From Actinomycetota bacterium (lineage in GTDB: Bacteria > Actinomycetota > AC-67), in assembly GCA_046713235.1 (NCBI GenBank), contig JBKKBZ010000101.1:345-64344 (forward strand): 64,000 bases of DNA. Direction: 5' to 3'. This document shows, piece after piece, positions 57,830-64,000 of this stretch; position 1 is the first letter of the stretch, and each line of letters opens with the position of its first letter. The position numbers and the translations under genes are program-made. The notes beneath the pieces were generated by a model. It was given only the letters and a program-made list of their open reading frames with translations, was not told where the DNA came from and searched no databases.

Positions 57830-58744
57830 TCAGAGCAAGGACGCGGCGAGCCCGTCCAGGATGTCGGCCTCGCTGACCAGGAGATTCTGGAAGCCAAACC
57901 GGGTCATGACGCGCTCGAGAATCACGGTCCCGGCAACGATCACATCCTCCCGGCCCGGAGGCATGGCCGGCAGCCGCTTCCGGGCTTCCGACGTCATTGC
58001 CGCAAGGCGAGCGAGGAGCGCTCGCACATCGTCAAGAGTCATCGAGGAATGGTGGATGGCGTCGCGGTCGTATCCGGTCAGCCCGAGCGTGATCGCCGCG
58101 AGCGTGGTGATGGTCCCGGCCAGGCCGACCAGGATTCGCGCGCGAGCCGGTACAACCACGCGCTCGGCTTCCTCCAACGCATGGTCGACGATCTTCGCGA
58201 CCTCGCCGAGCTGTCCAGGAGCCGGCGGATCCGACAGTGCGCATCGCTCCGTCAGCCGAACCGCGCCCACGTCGAGTGACACCGCAGCCTCAACGGTTCT
58301 CACCCCAACTACCATCTCAGTCGATCCCCCGCCGATGTCGAGCACACAGAATGGGCCCGTCCGGCCGGCCAGGTCCGACGTGGCACCGGCAAAGGACAAG
58401 GCCGCCTCCTCGTCTCCGGACAGCACATCGCATGCCCGGCCGGTTCGGTTCCTCACGGCTTCTAGAAAGTCTTCGCGGTTGCCTGCGTCGCGCACGGCGC
58501 TCGTGGCTGCGATGCGTGAACGGCGCACGCCGGCCTTCTCGCACCGGTCCCAATACATCCCTACGGCGTCCACGGTTCGCGTCAGCGCCTCAGGATGGAG
58601 CCGCCGGTCCCGGTCTACTCCCTGACCCAGTCGAGTAATAGTCAGGGAGCGCTCGATTTGCCGCAGCTCACCATTCGCGCGCTCGGCGAGATACAGCCGG
58701 ACCGAATTCGTGCCGACGTCGATGACTCCGATCCGAAAGCTCAC
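57830..58744 (-). CDS. ppx: Ppx/GppA-family exopolyphosphatase
   Basis: IGVIDVGTNSVRLYLAE and VLDIGGGSTEMVVG are Ppx-GppA motifs. Confidence 0.85.
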   Translation of the reverse strand: MSFRIGVIDVGTNSVRLYLAERANGELRQIERSLTITRLGQGVDRDRRLHPEALTRTVDAVGMYWDRCEKAGVRRSRIAATSAVRDAGNREDFLEAVRNRTGRACDVLSGDEEAALSFAGATSDLAGRTGPFCVLDIGGGSTEMVVGVRTVEAAVSLDVGAVRLTERCALSDPPAPGQLGEVAKIVDHALEEAERVVVPARARILVGLAGTITTLAAITLGLTGYDRDAIHHSSMTLDDVRALLARLAAMTSEARKRLPAMPPGREDVIVAGTVILERVMTRFGFQNLLVSEADILDGLAASLL

Positions 58745-59220
58745 GGAGCGACGCAGGGACCGGAGCAGTCGACGGGCTCGATCCGCGCGGCAGCCTCGGC
58801 TCCTACGGGGTTGTCACCGCCGACGAGGTGGTGGGCGTAGAGAGCGTGAAGGCACTTCACTCGGTCGGGCATCCCTCCCGCTCCCGATGCACCCGGCTCG
58901 CATACCCCGTCGCGGTCGGCGACGTAGCTTTCGTTCGCCGCGTGGTAACGGTCGGCGAACGCTTCGTCGGAGGAAAGTCGTTCGGCCATCGTGCGCATGA
59001 ACCCGCCCGCCTCCAGCCTCCCGGCAGCACGCGCCGCGGCCGGGCAAGTAAGCCAGTACAGCGTGGGAAACGGCTCCCCCGATTCGAGACGGGGCTCGGT
59101 GCGCACGACCGCCGGCAGGCCGTACGCGCAGCGAACGGCGACCTCAGTAGTGCCCCGGGGATGGCGGCCGATCTGCGCGGAAACGATTCTTACGTCGGTC
59201 TGGTCCATCTCGCTCCTCAT
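58741..59220 (-). CDS. DUF501 domain protein
   Basis: Sits in the conserved position between ftsB-like and ppx. Cys-rich C-terminus. Start uncertain. Confidence 0.55.
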   Translation of the reverse strand: MRSEMDQTDVRIVSAQIGRHPRGTTEVAVRCAYGLPAVVRTEPRLESGEPFPTLYWLTCPAAARAAGRLEAGGFMRTMAERLSSDEAFADRYHAANESYVADRDGVCEPGASGAGGMPDRVKCLHALYAHHLVGGDNPVGAEAAARIEPVDCSGPCVAP

Positions 59221-59267
59221 GGCGAAAGCGGCCTTGCGGCCGCTCTCTATCGCCACATTCTCGCGGA

Positions 59268-59648
59268 TTAGCCGCGCTTCGACTCGCGCTGGCGCCGCCA
59301 ATCGACGAGCCGTTCCTCGCTTTGGCGCATGAACCTCTTGAGCTTCTGCTCGAACTCAGGATCCTTTCCCCTCGCGCGACGCGGAGCTTCCGGCTGCCAA
59401 TCCGGAGCCGCTTGCTTGATCGAGAGGTCGATCTTCCCCCCATCCTTGATCCCCACCACCTTGACGGTGACCTTGTCGTTCTCGCGGAGGTGGTCGCTCA
59501 CGGTGCGGACGAAGTTTCGGTCGATCTCGGAGATATGGACCAGACCCGTCTCTCCGCCGTCCACCGCAACAAAGGCCCCGTACGGGGCCAGGCGGGTGAC
59601 CGTTCCCTCGACGATGGCTCCAACTTCTAGTGGCATACCGGTTTCCAT
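59268..59648 (-). CDS. S1 RNA-binding domain protein
   Basis: S1 motif VGAIVEGTVTRLAPYGAFVAVDGGETGLVHISEI. Confidence 0.65.
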   Translation of the reverse strand: METGMPLEVGAIVEGTVTRLAPYGAFVAVDGGETGLVHISEIDRNFVRTVSDHLRENDKVTVKVVGIKDGGKIDLSIKQAAPDWQPEAPRRARGKDPEFEQKLKRFMRQSEERLVDWRRQRESKRG

Positions 59649-59756
59649 GCTCCTTTCGGGATCGGCCCGGCTCTTGCCGGGATCGACCACCATGGTATGC
59701 CCGGCGCGTGAAGAGGGTCAATGGCTCCTACGGCTGATGAGCCTGAAATCGAGCGC

Positions 59757-61459
<1,703 letters not shown>

Positions 61460-61543
61460 CTAACCGCGCCGGCCGCCGTTTCACGGGGTCCTCGGGGCGC
61501 CCGCCGGCTTGGTCGGCTCGCAGGCGACGGGTTGAGAAGTACC

Positions 61544-61926
61544 TATTGTGGTGTGGAGTTGAGTCGCACCCCCGGGCATGGGTCCCGGAAGATCGCTCTG
61601 GTCCGATACTCGTTCAGGAACTCCTCCGAGAAGCGCCAGAACGGGATCGAGAACATGTGCCCGGCGGTAGCAACCAGGATCGTCTCCTCGTGGACGGACA
61701 CAGAGACATCTCGCGGGTACGCGGGGATACCGAGACACGAGATCGACTCTCCCGACGCGACGTCCAGCTCGTAGAGATCCAGGCGGCCTGTGATAACCGC
61801 GACGATGTCGCCGCCGGCTGCCGCCGCAACGACGCCGTCTTTCGGCAGCCGGAAACCCCAGCCCCGACTTCCGGTGCGGGCATCGAACGTGCGCAGCTCG
61901 TGCGCGTCGGCGCGGGCGCCGCGCCT
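61544..61926 (-). pseudogene. start-less beta-propeller-repeat protein fragment (gene remnant)
   Basis: Hand translation of the minus strand gives about 127 protein-like codons (…WGFRLPKDGVVAAAAGGDIVAVITGRLDLYELDVASGESI…). It is bounded upstream by an in-frame stop and has no ATG/GTG/TTG near the N-terminus. Confidence 0.3.
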
Positions 61927-61979
61927 TCACCCCCCCGATCGAGCAGTATGCTTCGACACAAATGTAGTGGAAGGGGCTT

Positions 61980-63512
61980 ATGGATCCAACAGCCGGCGAC
62001 GCAAGCCTAAGCCTTCGTACCCGAAGGCAACTGCGTGTCGCCGGTGCGCTTTCCGCTGCAGCCGTCCTGGCGTTCCTGTGGGCGGCGAGCCAGATCCCGC
62101 CCTTCCCGGCGTTTCCTCCCGCCGCGCTCTCCGAGCGCATCGTGAGGCTCGCGCCTGGAGGGATCGCAACATTCTTCATCGATACCCTGAAGCACAATGC
62201 CATGCGCCTGCTCACGCTTGGCGCCGCGGCCGGTTTCTTCGCGTTGTTCGCGTCTGCGCCGCGACTGACGTCCTTCGGCCATCGACTGCGCCCCTTCGCG
62301 GCCGGAGCGTCCGTTGCCGCGGTCGCGATAGCCGCGGACTTGGCGGCGCCGATGATTCGCGAGCCGGTCGCGAGCGTCACGATGGCAGTCGTCGGCGGCA
62401 TCATTTACGGCACTTCGCTGCGGTGGCTCCTCCAGACCTCGGCGCCCACCGACCCCTCACGCAGGCGAGCGATCATCGCCGTGGGAGCGGCGGCGGCCGG
62501 ATTCGCGGTCGCCGGAACGCTGCTCGGCAGGCTCGGGAGGCGGCTGCTCGGGCCCAACACGGCCGTGCCGCTGCGGGCCGCCGACGAGCCTCCCCCAGGC
62601 GTTGACCGCGCGGACTTCCCCGAGATACCCGGACTCAGCCCCGAGGTCACGAGCAGCGCCGACCATTACGTCGTGGACATCGACCTGCTCGACCCGGTCG
62701 TCGAGGCGGCTGGGTGGCAACTCGTGGTCGGAGGCCGGGTCGGGAGGCCACTCGCTCTGTCCTACGAGGAGCTGCAAGCCCGGTACCGCCTGGTCGAGCA
62801 GTACTCGGTCCTGACCTGCGTATCGAACGAGGTGGGCGGCGACCTGGTCGGCAGCGCCCGCTGGACGGGCGTGCGCCTCGCCGACGTGCTTGCCGACGCG
62901 GGACCGCTGCGCGGCGTCGCCGACGTCGTCTTCCGGTGCGCCGATGGCTACTCCAGCTCCCTCCCGCTGGCGGCGGCCAAAGATCCAAGCGTCCTGCTTG
63001 CGCTCGGGATGAACGGCCGGCCGCTGAGCTGGGAGCACGGCTTTCCCTGCAGGGTTCGAGCCCCGGCGGTTTACGGCGTCAAGAACGCGAAATGGATCGA
63101 GCGGATCGAGCTGGTGAACCGCGACCACGCCGACTACTGGACCGAGCGCGGCTGGTCGGACTCTGCGATCGTGCGAACCTCCTCGCGGATCGACACCGTC
63201 GGTGAACCGGATACTCGGGCGAGGCGGGCAACCTGGATCGCGGGGGTAGCGTGGGCGGGGGCCAGAGGCATCTCCCGCGTCGAGGTTTCCCTTGACGGCG
63301 GCCGGACCTGGCAGGCTGCCGAGCTTCGCGAGCCGCTCTCCCCGCTGGCGTGGACGCAGTGGGCGTACCGGTGGACCCCTGCCGGTCGGGGCAACTACCG
63401 AATCCTGTGCAGGGCAACCGACGGAAGCGGACGGCTCCAGGACTCGGTGCCACGGCAACCTCATCCCTCCGGGGCGAGCGGCTACCACGAGGTCATCGCG
63501 GACGTCGTCTGA
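61980..63512 (+). CDS. sulfite-oxidase-family molybdopterin oxidoreductase (MsrP/YedY-like catalytic domain) with N-terminal membrane domain
   Basis: N-terminal TM helices, Oxidored_molyb region (CVSNEVGG...GVRL) and Mo-co dimerisation-like C-terminus. Confidence 0.8.
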   Translation: MDPTAGDASLSLRTRRQLRVAGALSAAAVLAFLWAASQIPPFPAFPPAALSERIVRLAPGGIATFFIDTLKHNAMRLLTLGAAAGFFALFASAPRLTSFGHRLRPFAAGASVAAVAIAADLAAPMIREPVASVTMAVVGGIIYGTSLRWLLQTSAPTDPSRRRAIIAVGAAAAGFAVAGTLLGRLGRRLLGPNTAVPLRAADEPPPGVDRADFPEIPGLSPEVTSSADHYVVDIDLLDPVVEAAGWQLVVGGRVGRPLALSYEELQARYRLVEQYSVLTCVSNEVGGDLVGSARWTGVRLADVLADAGPLRGVADVVFRCADGYSSSLPLAAAKDPSVLLALGMNGRPLSWEHGFPCRVRAPAVYGVKNAKWIERIELVNRDHADYWTERGWSDSAIVRTSSRIDTVGEPDTRARRATWIAGVAWAGARGISRVEVSLDGGRTWQAAELREPLSPLAWTQWAYRWTPAGRGNYRILCRATDGSGRLQDSVPRQPHPSGASGYHEVIADVV

Positions 63513-63903
63513 CTGGAGTGCGATCGACCAGCTTGCATGGCTTGGGCTTGCGCACGAAGGTCCATGCCCACCAGATCAACAGCGGTTGGAACGGCAGGCG
63601 CGCCTGCGTGAGCCACCATTCGGTCGTGCCGTACTCGGCATCGACCGCGTGCTGCACGTTCGCGGGGAACACCGCGACGAAGAGGGCGACGGCTCCCCAC
63701 CCGCCTGCGCGCCGCGTGCGCGGATGGGCGAGGGCCGCGGCGAGCGCGATCTCTGCGATGCCGCTCCAGAAGACCGCCGCTTCCGCGCCGGGAACCCAGC
63801 GAGGTACGATGCGAACGTACGGCTCCGGCTTGACGAGGTGAGTGATGCCGGACGCGCCCAGCAGCGCGACCAATCCCGCGAGTGAGAGCGTGCGGCGCGT
63901 CAT
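63493..63903 (-). CDS. small integral membrane protein (DoxX-like)
   Basis: Four hydrophobic segments. Start chosen at MTRRTLSLAGLVALL. Confidence 0.4.
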   Translation of the reverse strand: MTRRTLSLAGLVALLGASGITHLVKPEPYVRIVPRWVPGAEAAVFWSGIAEIALAAALAHPRTRRAGGWGAVALFVAVFPANVQHAVDAEYGTTEWWLTQARLPFQPLLIWWAWTFVRKPKPCKLVDRTPVRRRPR

Positions 63904-64000
63904 GCGTGACACGATATCGCCCCCACCCCACACTCCGACGCCCTATCTCCGATGTCACGGCTAGGACCATGACCTCACGACGTGCGCGAGGCTCGCGGTG

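Overview
This is a high-GC (~68-70%) bacterial chromosomal segment. The gene content and synteny look actinobacterial: egtABCD (ergothioneine), eno-ftsB-DUF501-ppx, and a tad/Flp pilus locus with TadE/TadG. This taxonomic assignment is inference from gene content only. Most of the window is ordinary housekeeping and accessory genes (secreted proteases, GH18, transporters, FAD oxidoreductases, Fpg/Nei, acyl-CoA metabolism). The standout is an integron at about 42.7-51.1 kb. It has an integron-integrase gene (intI) with the IntI-specific extra domain, but the gene is interrupted by an in-frame TAA at a conserved Tyr codon. A putative attI follows, then 11 gene cassettes on the minus strand, each bounded by imperfect-palindromic attC sites whose boxes approximate RYYYAAC and GTTRRRY. 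Cassette GC is only about 53-60%. The intI gene is co-directional with the cassettes, the rarer inverted layout. Cassettes include a HicAB toxin-antitoxin pair, a methyltransferase+NUDIX pair and several proteins with no recognisable family. A tRNA-Leu(UAA) lies about 330 bp from intI. Other notable items: a tad/cpa pilus operon (cpaB-cpaE-cpaF-tadB-tadC-tadE-tadG) without a visible flp pilin or prepilin-peptidase gene; an XRE-HTH plus minimal nucleotidyltransferase pair behind a perfect 20-bp palindrome overlapping a TATAAT box; egtABCD followed by an LmbE-like deacetylase instead of egtE; and two same-frame ORFs separated by a single TAA. All coordinates are from manual reading and carry about +/-1-3 nt uncertainty. 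Start codons are often GTG or TTG. Many long antisense ORFs in the track are GC artefacts.
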